Assembly (NCBI GenBank): GCA_964383585.1
Contig: CAYLHQ010000004.1
Span: 10,939 to 74,938 of the forward strand
Source of the DNA: an uncultured Acidobacteriota bacterium
GTDB taxonomy: Bacteria; Acidobacteriota; Polarisedimenticolia; Polarisedimenticolales; DASRJG01
DNA length: 64,000 bases
Reading direction: 5' to 3'
Shown piece by piece: positions 28,561-36,173 of the stretch. The position numbers and the translations under genes are program-made. The notes below the pieces were generated by a model that was given only the letters and a program-made list of their open reading frames with translations, searched no databases and was not told the DNA's origin. Positions within the stretch are counted from its first letter, which is position 1; every line of letters starts with the position of its first letter.

Positions 28561-29723
28561 GAGGGGCGGTTCCCGCGCTCGTCGCGGCGCTCGCCGTTTC
28601 CGGCGCGGCGGCCGAGGAGAAAGACCTCGGCACGTTCGGGATCGGCCTGCGCTACCGCTACGAGAACGTCTCCGAAGACGCGTTCGCGAAGGACGCCCAT
28701 GCTTCGACGTTGCGGACGAACGTCTTCTACGAGTCCGCCGAGGTCCGCCGCTTCTTCGCCTTCCTCGAGTTCGAGAACACCGCGGACCTCGGCCTCGGCG
28801 ACCAGCACAACAGCACCACGAACGGGATCACCGACCGGCCGGTCGTCGCCGATCCGAAGGGGACCGAGGTCCACCAGGTCTATCTCGGGTACGAAGGGAT
28901 CCCGGGGACGCGAATCCTCGCCGGACGGCAGGAGATCGTCTTCGACGACGCCCGGTTCGTGGGGAACGTCGCGTGGCGGCAGAATTTCCAGTCGTTCGAC
29001 GGAGCGCGCGTGACCCAGCGGTCGATCCCGCGGACGGTCCTCGACTACGCGTGGGTCCGCAACGTCAACACCGTGGTCGGGACGAACCGCGACTCCGACC
29101 ACCACCTCCTGCAGGCGGAGGTCGACGCAGGCCGGTTCGGGAAGGCGCTCGCCTACTTCTACCGACTCGACTTCGGCCCCTCCGCGGCTTCGAGTGCGTC
29201 CGCGACCTTCGGCGTGCGATGGGCGGGGACGATCCGGACGGCTCCGGTCGAGATCCCGTTCCGTGTCGAGGCGGCCCGGCAGGAGGCCGCGGCGGACAAT
29301 CCCGGTCCGCTCGAAGCCGGTTACCTGCGCGCGGTCGCCGGGATCCGACGGGGCGGATGGAAGGCCGACCTCGGGTGGGAGCGCCTCGGCGGGAGCCCCG
29401 GGGAGGGGCAGTTCCAGACCCCGCTCGCCACGCTCCACAAATGGAACGGATGGGCCGACAAGTTCCTGACGACTCCGGCGAACGGCCTCGAGGATCTCGT
29501 CGTGTCGGTCTCGTACGGCGCAGGCGCCTGGTCGGGGGAGATCGCCGCGCACCGCTTCGACGCGGACTCGGGAGGTGCGACGTACGGGCACGAGCTCGAC
29601 GGACAGGTGACCTACCGCGCACGCTGGGGCCAGGAGTTCCTCTTGAAGCTCGCCCTGTATGATGCCGACGCGTTCTCCACGGACACCGAGAAACTGTGGA
29701 TCCAAACGACCTACCGGTTCTGA
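28557..29723 (+). CDS. alginate-export-family outer-membrane beta-barrel porin
   Basis: Signal peptide, FGIGLRYRYENVSEDAF..., ...GRQEIVFDDARFVGNVAWRQNFQSFDG..., and a C-terminal ...TTYRF. TTGA overlap with the hemerythrin stop. Confidence 0.7.
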   Translation: MRGAVPALVAALAVSGAAAEEKDLGTFGIGLRYRYENVSEDAFAKDAHASTLRTNVFYESAEVRRFFAFLEFENTADLGLGDQHNSTTNGITDRPVVADPKGTEVHQVYLGYEGIPGTRILAGRQEIVFDDARFVGNVAWRQNFQSFDGARVTQRSIPRTVLDYAWVRNVNTVVGTNRDSDHHLLQAEVDAGRFGKALAYFYRLDFGPSAASSASATFGVRWAGTIRTAPVEIPFRVEAARQEAAADNPGPLEAGYLRAVAGIRRGGWKADLGWERLGGSPGEGQFQTPLATLHKWNGWADKFLTTPANGLEDLVVSVSYGAGAWSGEIAAHRFDADSGGATYGHELDGQVTYRARWGQEFLLKLALYDADAFSTDTEKLWIQTTYRF

Positions 29724-30238
29724 GCGGCACCCGGGCTCGCGTGGTCGGCGTCGTCGCCCCGAGCGGCACGGGGAAGACGACCCTTCTCTGCCGGGTCGTG
29801 CCGATTCTCCGCGCGCGGGGTCTTCGTGTGGGCGCGGTCAAGCACGCCCATCACGGGTTCGACCTCGACCGGCCCGGCAAGGACAGCCATCGCCTCCGCG
29901 AAGCGGGAGTCGAGCAGATCCTCCTGGTCGGGCCGGAACGGTGGGCGCTTCTCGGGGAGGCGGAGCCCGGAGAACAAGACACCCTCGAACGGGCCCTCGA
30001 GCGGATGGACGCGGAACGACTCGATGTCATCCTCGTCGAAGGGTACCGCGGGAGCCGCTACCCGAAGATCGAGGTCTACCGCGACGCGATCGGAGAGCCT
30101 CCGCTCCACCCCGCCGACCCGAGCGTCATCGCCGTCGCGACGAACGGTCCCCTTCCCGCGCCGACGACTCTTCCCGTGCTTCCGCTCGACGATCCCGAGC
30201 GCGTCGCCTCGTTCCTCCTCCGCTTCGTGCGAAGATGA
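29696..30238 (+). CDS. mobB: molybdopterin-guanine dinucleotide biosynthesis adaptor protein MobB
   Basis: P-loop VVAPSGTGKTTL, KHAHHGFDLDRPGKDS, and LVEGY. The GTG 29696 start overlaps the porin 3' end by 28 nt, so the start is not certain. Confidence 0.85.
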   Translation: MDPNDLPVLSGTRARVVGVVAPSGTGKTTLLCRVVPILRARGLRVGAVKHAHHGFDLDRPGKDSHRLREAGVEQILLVGPERWALLGEAEPGEQDTLERALERMDAERLDVILVEGYRGSRYPKIEVYRDAIGEPPLHPADPSVIAVATNGPLPAPTTLPVLPLDDPERVASFLLRFVRR

Positions 30239-30242
30239 CCGG

Positions 30243-30485
30243 GTGCGCTGGCTCGACCGCATCCCGTGGTTCGTCCTCGTCTTGGCCGCGATTCTTCTCG
30301 GTACGGCGCCGCTCCGGCCCGAGCCCCACCTCTGGCAGAAACTGAAGACGCTGGCGAACGGGACCCGCCTCCGGCCGATCGACGTCTTCGATCTCGCGAT
30401 GCACGGAGCCCCCGTCGCGCTTTTGGCGCTCGAGTTCGTCAGGGAGGCGACTCTGCGGCGAGGCGGCGACCGGTCCTCGAAATGA
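30243..30485 (+). CDS. small membrane protein (80 aa), conserved partner of TusA-like genes
   Basis: GTG start, VRWLDRIPWFVLVLAAILLGTAPLRPEPHLWQKLKTL...IDVFDLAMHGAP. The stop overlaps the tusA-like ATG (ATGA). Confidence 0.5.
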   Translation: MRWLDRIPWFVLVLAAILLGTAPLRPEPHLWQKLKTLANGTRLRPIDVFDLAMHGAPVALLALEFVREATLRRGGDRSSK

Positions 30486-30721
30486 CGGGAGACGCCGCCC
30501 CGACCCTCGAGGCCCGCGGCCTGCGCTGTCCGGTTCCGATTGCTCGCACGCGGGAACGCCTCGCGACGCTTCAGGCGGGGGACCGGCTCGACGTCCTCGG
30601 GGACGACCCGTTCTTCCGCCTCGACATGCAGGCGTTCTGTGCGTGCGAGGGGCACCGGTACCTCGGGGAGAAGCCGGAGCCGGGCGGCGGATGGAGACTC
30701 TCCCTTCGAAAAGGAAGCTAG
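30482..30721 (+). CDS. TusA/SirA-family sulfurtransferase
   Basis: 79 aa, with LEARGLRCPVPIARTRERL containing the conserved CPxP active-site Cys. Confidence 0.8.
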   Translation: MTGDAAPTLEARGLRCPVPIARTRERLATLQAGDRLDVLGDDPFFRLDMQAFCACEGHRYLGEKPEPGGGWRLSLRKGS

Positions 30722-31272
30722 CGGCCCGAGGGAGAAGGGGGCGGATCATCGTCGCCGCCTCCGGCCGCGAGAGCCGCCGCCGCGCCGACGCCGAGCACGA
30801 TGCCGACGATTCCGCCCGGCTTCTTGTACCAGGGCTTCGCCCCCGCAACGCGATCGTCCTCGTTCTCCCCGGTGCTCGGAGCCGGCGCCTGCCGCTGGAA
30901 CGCGACATCGAGCCGGTTCGTTTCAGCCGAGTCGACGTGCACCGGGGGAATGCTCTGGACGGGAAGCGGAACCCCGTCGGGGGCGAGGACGCGGGCGAGC
31001 GTGTACTTGCTACCGACCGGTACCGAGACCGAGTAGGCCCCGTCCGATCCGCTCGGTCCGCTCGTGAACTCCGTACCTCGCTCGATGTCCTTGAGGACGA
31101 CCCGAAAGCCGGCGGCCGGACGACCGTCGGGGTCGAGGATCGTTCCGACGAAGCGAGCGAACTCCTGCGCGGGTACGGGGTTACCGGCAGCGGTGACGAG
31201 GAGGGAAAGGCCCATCGCGATCGCGATCGGAGCGCGCCACGTACGGGGGGATGTAGCGGCAAGTAACGCCAT
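30718..31272 (-). CDS. secreted carboxypeptidase-regulatory-like (CarboxypepD_reg) domain protein with C-terminal TM helix
   Basis: Signal peptide, GTILDPDGRPAAGFRVVLKD...SGSDGAYSVSVPVGSKYTL, and C-terminal GGIVGIVLGVGAAAALAAGG. RBS GGAGG. Confidence 0.6.
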   Translation of the reverse strand: MALLAATSPRTWRAPIAIAMGLSLLVTAAGNPVPAQEFARFVGTILDPDGRPAAGFRVVLKDIERGTEFTSGPSGSDGAYSVSVPVGSKYTLARVLAPDGVPLPVQSIPPVHVDSAETNRLDVAFQRQAPAPSTGENEDDRVAGAKPWYKKPGGIVGIVLGVGAAAALAAGGGDDDPPPSPSGR

Positions 31273-31360
31273 GGGAGAGCCTCCAGAGAATCGCCGTATT
31301 TTCCGGGATCGCTCACGGGGCCGTCAAGGCGGCAGCGACGTGCGATCGCGGGAAAGCGAT

Positions 31361-31407
31361 AAAGGGGACTGGCACCTTTTCGTTCCGAAAAGGTGCCAGT
31401 CCCCTTT
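31361..31407. repeat. REP hairpin doublet (20-bp perfect stem, 7-nt loop)
   Basis: AAAGGGGACTGGCACCTTTT cgttccg AAAAGGTGCCAGTCCCCTTT. It lies in a divergent intergenic region. Confidence 0.9.
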
Positions 31408-31427
31408 TCGTGCAAGAATTCGAAGGG

Positions 31428-32534
31428 ATGAAACGAGCCGCTTTTTTCCTCCTGGCCGCCTCGATCGGCGGTGGGTTCGCGCCGTCGCACGCCGCGGACG
31501 CGGTCCGGGCCCGGGTGTCGGCCGACGTCGGGGGGGCGTCGACCCGCGTCGTGATCACGCTCGACCGGGACCTTGCCCACGAGGTGCGGCGCACGCCGCG
31601 CGGTCTCGATGTCGTCTTCACCGCGCCGGTCGCCCCCGATCCGCGGACCCAGGAACTCGCCGACACGATCCTTTCGGGGTGGCGACTCGACGGAGACCGA
31701 ACGCTCGCGCTCGTGACCGGAGAGGGATACCGGCGCTTCGACGTCTTCGAGTTGAGAAACCCGACCCGGATTGTCCTCGATCTCCAGGGAGAGCGCGCCG
31801 CGCCCCCCACTCCTTCCCCCGTCGCGACGTCCCGGCCCTCGCGTGTCATCGTCCTCGATCCCGGACACGGCGGCGCTGAGGAGGGCGCGAAGGGTCCCTC
31901 GGGCCTTCTCGAGAAGGACGTCGTCCTCGACCTCGCGCGGAGGCTCGAACGGGTGCTCGAACGGAGCGGGACGGACGTCGTGCTGACGCGCGACGAGGAC
32001 CGCCTCGTCCCCCTCGACGAGCGGACGGCGATCGCGAACCAGAACCGCGCGGAGCTGTTCGTGTCGATCCACCTCAACAGCGCACCGACCCGTGCGGCGT
32101 TCGGGGCGGAGACCTACTTCCTCTCCCCCGACGCGACGGACGACGAGGCGCGCACCCTCTCCGCCCTCGAGAACCGCGCGTACGCCGCGGACGTGGGGAC
32201 GCCCGCCGCGGCTCCTCCCGCAGACGGCCTCGAGCTGATCCTCTGGGACCTCGCGCAGAACCGTTACCTGGAAGAGAGCGCGCGGCTCGCCGAAGAGGTC
32301 CAGCGGGAGTTGAACCTCCTCGTCGGGACGCGCGACCGCGGGATCCGCCAGGCCCCCTTCACCGTCCTCATGGGGGCGACGATGCCGGCGATCCTCGTCG
32401 AGGTCGGCTTCGTGTCGAACCCCGAGGAAGAGACGAAGCTCCGGGACGACGCCTACCGCGACCGGATCGTCGAGGCGCTCGCCCGCGCGATCGGCACCTT
32501 CCGTCAGGGCGCCGTCGCGGGAGGGGAGCGTTGA
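31428..32534 (+). CDS. N-acetylmuramoyl-L-alanine amidase (AmiC-like, AMIN domain + Amidase_3)
   Basis: Signal peptide, an AMIN-like N-domain (RVVITLDRD...RIVLDL), and a catalytic region VIVLDPGHGG...ELFVSIHLNS...EVGFVSNPEE. Confidence 0.9.
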   Translation: MKRAAFFLLAASIGGGFAPSHAADAVRARVSADVGGASTRVVITLDRDLAHEVRRTPRGLDVVFTAPVAPDPRTQELADTILSGWRLDGDRTLALVTGEGYRRFDVFELRNPTRIVLDLQGERAAPPTPSPVATSRPSRVIVLDPGHGGAEEGAKGPSGLLEKDVVLDLARRLERVLERSGTDVVLTRDEDRLVPLDERTAIANQNRAELFVSIHLNSAPTRAAFGAETYFLSPDATDDEARTLSALENRAYAADVGTPAAAPPADGLELILWDLAQNRYLEESARLAEEVQRELNLLVGTRDRGIRQAPFTVLMGATMPAILVEVGFVSNPEEETKLRDDAYRDRIVEALARAIGTFRQGAVAGGER

Positions 32535-33145
32535 GAGCGTCGATCGCCATCGCCTCCGCCGTATGCCTCCTCGCGCTCGCTTGCGGAGGCGCCCCCGCTC
32601 CGCCGGCCGACGCGCCCGAGGAGAGCGCCTCGCGCGGCCCCGCGCCGGAAGCGGGCGAGGATCCCACCCCCTCCACCATCCCGCGGATCGAGGTCATCCT
32701 CTGGTTCCCCTCCTCGGCGGCGGATGCCCTCGTCGGGGAGCCGGGGGAGATCTTCTCCACGACCGACCCGGGGGCCCGCGCGAAGCAGATCGTGACCGCC
32801 CTCCTCGCCGGGCCGCAGACGGTCGACGCGATGCCGGCGCTTCCCCCGGAGACGACGCTCCGGCAGGTCTACGTCCTGGACGACGGCACCGCCTGGATCG
32901 ACTTCTCGTCGCAGATCCGGAGGGGCCTCGGGGGAGGAAGCTCCGACGAGCGCCTCGCGGTCTACTCCGTCGTCGATTCGGTCGCGTTCAACGTGCCCGA
33001 GATCGGGCGGGTCGGGATCCTCGTCGACGGAAACCCGGTCGAGACGCTGAACGGGCACCTCGACCTGAGACGGCCCCTTCTCCCGGACCGTTCCCTCCTG
33101 ACCGGCCCCGGGATCGTCGGCGCCCCCGAGAGCGGAGAGATCTGA
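32531..33145 (+). CDS. GerMN-domain lipoprotein
   Basis: Lipobox LLALAC, followed by ...VYVLDDGTAWIDFS...AVYSVVDSVAFNVPEIGRVGILVDGNPVETLNGHLDL. TTGA overlap with the amidase stop. Confidence 0.65.
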   Translation: MRASIAIASAVCLLALACGGAPAPPADAPEESASRGPAPEAGEDPTPSTIPRIEVILWFPSSAADALVGEPGEIFSTTDPGARAKQIVTALLAGPQTVDAMPALPPETTLRQVYVLDDGTAWIDFSSQIRRGLGGGSSDERLAVYSVVDSVAFNVPEIGRVGILVDGNPVETLNGHLDLRRPLLPDRSLLTGPGIVGAPESGEI

Positions 33146-33147
33146 CG

Positions 33148-34002
33148 GTGGACCCGCGGCCGATCGGCGTTTTCGACTCGGGGGTGGGAGGGTTGACCGT
33201 CTTCCGCGCGCTCGAACGGGCCCTCCCGCGCGAGCGCCTCTTCTATCTCGGGGATACCGCGCGCGTCCCGTATGGGCCGAAGTCTCCCGAGACGGTCGAG
33301 CGCTTCGGCCTCGAGGCGGCGCGCTTCCTCCGGAAGCACGACGTCAAGGCGGTCGTCGTCGCGTGCAACACCGTCTCGGCGGTCGCGATCGACGCGGTCG
33401 CCGCGGAGGCCCGCGTCCCGACCGTCGGCGTGATCCTCCCCGGGGCGCGGCACGCGGTGAAGGTGTCGAAGACGGGGCGCATCGGCGTGATCGGCACGCG
33501 CGCGACCGTCGCGAGCGAGGCCTACCCGCGGGCGATCCTCGCCCTCCGCGGCGACGCCGAGGTCTTCAGCCAGGCCTGCCCCCTCTTCGTCCCCCTCGCG
33601 GAGGAGGGGTGGACGGACGACGAGGTCGCGCGCGCGGTCGCCGAGCGCTACCTCGCGACCCTGAAGACGTCGGGGGTCGACACCGTCGTCCTCGGCTGCA
33701 CCCACTACCCGCTCCTGAAGCCGACGATCCAGGACGTGATGGGCGACGCCGTCGTCCTCGTCGACTCGGCGGAGGCGGTCGCGGCCGAGGTCCGCGAGTG
33801 GCTCGCCACCGACGCCGTCCTCGCGGCGCCGGAGCGCGATCCGCGGGAGGGGGGAGGGCACCGCTTCTACGTCACCGACGCGCCGGCGCCCTTCCAGGCG
33901 GTCGCCGAGCGCTTCCTCGGCCGCCCCGTCGGGCTCCTCGGGCGGGCGCGTCTCGAAACGCAGGATGCGGAAAACGCGCCGAGCCCGGGGAGGAAACGAT
34001 GA
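33148..34002 (+). CDS. murI: glutamate racemase
   Basis: IGVFDSGVGGLTV, VVACNTVSA, and LGCTHYPLL (the two catalytic Cys motifs). GTG start. Confidence 0.9.
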   Translation: MDPRPIGVFDSGVGGLTVFRALERALPRERLFYLGDTARVPYGPKSPETVERFGLEAARFLRKHDVKAVVVACNTVSAVAIDAVAAEARVPTVGVILPGARHAVKVSKTGRIGVIGTRATVASEAYPRAILALRGDAEVFSQACPLFVPLAEEGWTDDEVARAVAERYLATLKTSGVDTVVLGCTHYPLLKPTIQDVMGDAVVLVDSAEAVAAEVREWLATDAVLAAPERDPREGGGHRFYVTDAPAPFQAVAERFLGRPVGLLGRARLETQDAENAPSPGRKR

Positions 34003-34748
34003 CCGAGCGCCACGACGGGAGGGGGCCGCGCGACCTGCGCCCGGTGACGATCGAGACCGGATGGCTCAAGCGTTCCCCCGGGAGCGCCCTGATCTCCATC
34101 GGCGACACGCGCGTCCTCTGCTCGGTGTCGGTCGAGGAGCGCGTCCCTCCCTTCCTCGTGGGTACGGGGACGGGCTGGGTGACCGGCGAGTACGGGATGC
34201 TCCCGGGCTCTTCGAACCCGCGAATCGCGCGGGAGTCGTCGAAGGGGAGGCCGTCGGGGCGCACGATGGAGATCCAGCGGCTGATCGGCCGCGCCCTCCG
34301 CGTCGTCGTCGACCGGGTCGCCCTCGGCCCGCGCACCCTCTGGATCGACTGCGACGTTCTCCAGGCCGACGGGGGGACGCGGACCGCGAGCGTGACCGGG
34401 GCGTGGGTCGCCCTCGCCCTCGCCCTCGACCGGCTCCGCGAGGCGGGGACGATCGCCGCTCCCGCCCTCACCGGCCAGATCGCAGCGGTGTCGGTGGGGA
34501 TCGTTGCAGGAAACCCCTGCGTCGACCTCGACTACGTCGAGGACTCGGGCGCGGAGGTCGACATGAACGTCGTGCGCACCTCCGACGGGCGTTACGTCGA
34601 GGTGCAGGGGACGGCGGAGACGACGCCGTTCCGCCGCGACGGTCTCGGCGGGTTGCTCGACCTCGCCGACGACGGAATCGACCGGCTCCTCGCGATGCAA
34701 CGGGAGGCGGTGGGGGAGGCGCTCCCCCGCGTCGTGGCGGTGCCGTGA
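33999..34748 (+). CDS. rph: ribonuclease PH
   Basis: RHDGRGPRDLRPV, GSALISIGDTRVLC, GRTMEIQRLIGRALR, and DCDVLQADGGTRTA. Confidence 0.95.
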   Translation: MTERHDGRGPRDLRPVTIETGWLKRSPGSALISIGDTRVLCSVSVEERVPPFLVGTGTGWVTGEYGMLPGSSNPRIARESSKGRPSGRTMEIQRLIGRALRVVVDRVALGPRTLWIDCDVLQADGGTRTASVTGAWVALALALDRLREAGTIAAPALTGQIAAVSVGIVAGNPCVDLDYVEDSGAEVDMNVVRTSDGRYVEVQGTAETTPFRRDGLGGLLDLADDGIDRLLAMQREAVGEALPRVVAVP

Positions 34749-35335
34749 CGAGGCGACTCCTCGTCGCGACAGGGAACGCGGGAAAGCTCCGCGAGTTCCA
34801 ATCGGCGCTCGCGCCCTACGGGATCGAGGTCGTCGGGCTCGAGGCGCTCGCCGACCGGAGCGAGGACGCGGAGACGGGGAGGACGTTCGAGGAGAACGCC
34901 CGGCTGAAGGCCGAGGCGTACTCGCGGCGAACCGACCTACCGGTCCTCGCCGACGACTCGGGGCTCGAGGTCGATGCGCTCGGGGGACGGCCGGGGGTCC
35001 TCTCCGCGCGGCTCGGCGGGCCCGCGATGTCGGACGCCGCGCGCTGCAAGGCGGTCCTCAAGGGGCTCGTCGACGTCCCCGACGAGGCACGCACCGCGCG
35101 GTTCCGATGCGTTCTCGCCCTCGCCCGCGCGGGGAAGACGGTGGCGGTGGTCGAGGGCTCGGTCGAGGGGACGATCCTGCGGGAGCTTCGGGGTGGCGGA
35201 GGGTTCGGATACGACCCGATCTTCTTCCATCCTCCGTCGGGGAAGACCTTCGCCGAGATGACCCCCGAGGAAAAGGAGCGCGTCTCTCACCGAGGAGAGG
35301 CGATCAGAAAAGGGGACTGGCACCTTTTTCGATAG
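34745..35335 (+). CDS. rdgB: dITP/XTP pyrophosphatase (RdgB/HAM1 family)
   Basis: LLVATGNAGKLREF, DDSGLEVDAL, GFGYDPIF, and SHRG. The last 8 codons (KGDWHLFR) are encoded by a REP arm. Confidence 0.9.
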   Translation: MTRRLLVATGNAGKLREFQSALAPYGIEVVGLEALADRSEDAETGRTFEENARLKAEAYSRRTDLPVLADDSGLEVDALGGRPGVLSARLGGPAMSDAARCKAVLKGLVDVPDEARTARFRCVLALARAGKTVAVVEGSVEGTILRELRGGGGFGYDPIFFHPPSGKTFAEMTPEEKERVSHRGEAIRKGDWHLFR

Positions 35336-36035
35336 GGTCCTCCACTGGCGGGCGGGAACTGCCTTCCTCCGGTCCTTTCCGGATGCGCGGCCGTCCGCGC
35401 TCCCGGAGGCTCCCCTCGAGCCCGAGGTCGCGCGCGGTCTTCACCATCCACGCGGGTTCGCCGTAGGGCCTTCCGCGAACGAGGTGCTTCCGGAGCATCT
35501 CGACATCGGGAACCGGCTGATTCAGGTCGACGCGGGCCTCCCAGTCCTCGGGGCGGTCGATCGGGCCTGGGTCGCCGAACGTCGGCCAAGTTCCGCGCCG
35601 CCACCAGTGGATCGAGGACCACGGCCAGAGGGCGGCGCGCGACGCGAGTCCGGCGCGGACCGGGTTCCGCTCGACGTAAAGGAGCACGCGGAGCAGGTGC
35701 TCGTCTTCCTGAACCGGGAACGACTTGAATCGATCCTGCCAGACCCGTCCGCTCGATTCGTGACGGCCGTGGTATCTACGCACGTGGCTCGTCGTGAGCC
35801 TATGAAGGAAAAGGCTCAGGTCGCCGTCCGCAGCGGGCCACAGCACGAGGTGGAAGTGGTTGGGCATCAGGCAGTACGCCAGCACCCGGACGGGATGAGC
35901 CTCGTACGCGCGGGCAATCAGGTTCACGAATTGCTGATAGTCGGAGGCGTCGTGGAAGACCGTCGCTCGACGGTTTCCCCGGTTCATGACGTGGTAGCAC
36001 AACCCTCCGACGCACATGCGGCGGCCTCTCGGCAT
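35304..36035 (-). CDS. REP-associated tyrosine transposase (RAYT; IS200/IS605 TnpA Y1 HUH family)
   Basis: HUH motif in LMPNHFHLVL and a catalytic-Tyr helix in LLYVERNPVRAGL. About 243 aa, flanked by inverted REP arms. Confidence 0.85.
   Translation of the reverse strand: MPRGRRMCVGGLCYHVMNRGNRRATVFHDASDYQQFVNLIARAYEAHPVRVLAYCLMPNHFHLVLWPAADGDLSLFLHRLTTSHVRRYHGRHESSGRVWQDRFKSFPVQEDEHLLRVLLYVERNPVRAGLASRAALWPWSSIHWWRRGTWPTFGDPGPIDRPEDWEARVDLNQPVPDVEMLRKHLVRGRPYGEPAWMVKTARDLGLEGSLRERGRPRIRKGPEEGSSRPPVEDPIEKGASPLF
35308..35329. repeat. single REP arm, AAAAGGGGACTGGCACCTTTTT
   Basis: Exact match to the repeat-family consensus. It forms the left inverted terminus of the RAYT unit, paired with 36143-36163. 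Confidence 0.85.
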
Positions 36036-36110
36036 GGTTCGATTCCGGGGAGGCGGGCGGGACGCCAGCGAAAAACTAGGGCTCTTCGTGGCGGAACGCA
36101 AGGAGAGTGG

Positions 36111-36163
36111 AAAAAGGGGACTGGCACCTTTTCCGTCGAGGGAAAGGTGCCAGTCCCCTTTTT
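36111..36163. repeat. REP hairpin doublet (21-bp stem, 11-nt loop) with flanking T/A runs
   Basis: AAAAAGGGGACTGGCACCTTT tccgtcgaggg AAAGGTGCCAGTCCCCTTTTT. It lies 11 nt below the stop of gene 36174-37802, in a terminator-like position. Confidence 0.9.
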
Positions 36164-36173
36164 CCGCCAGCCT

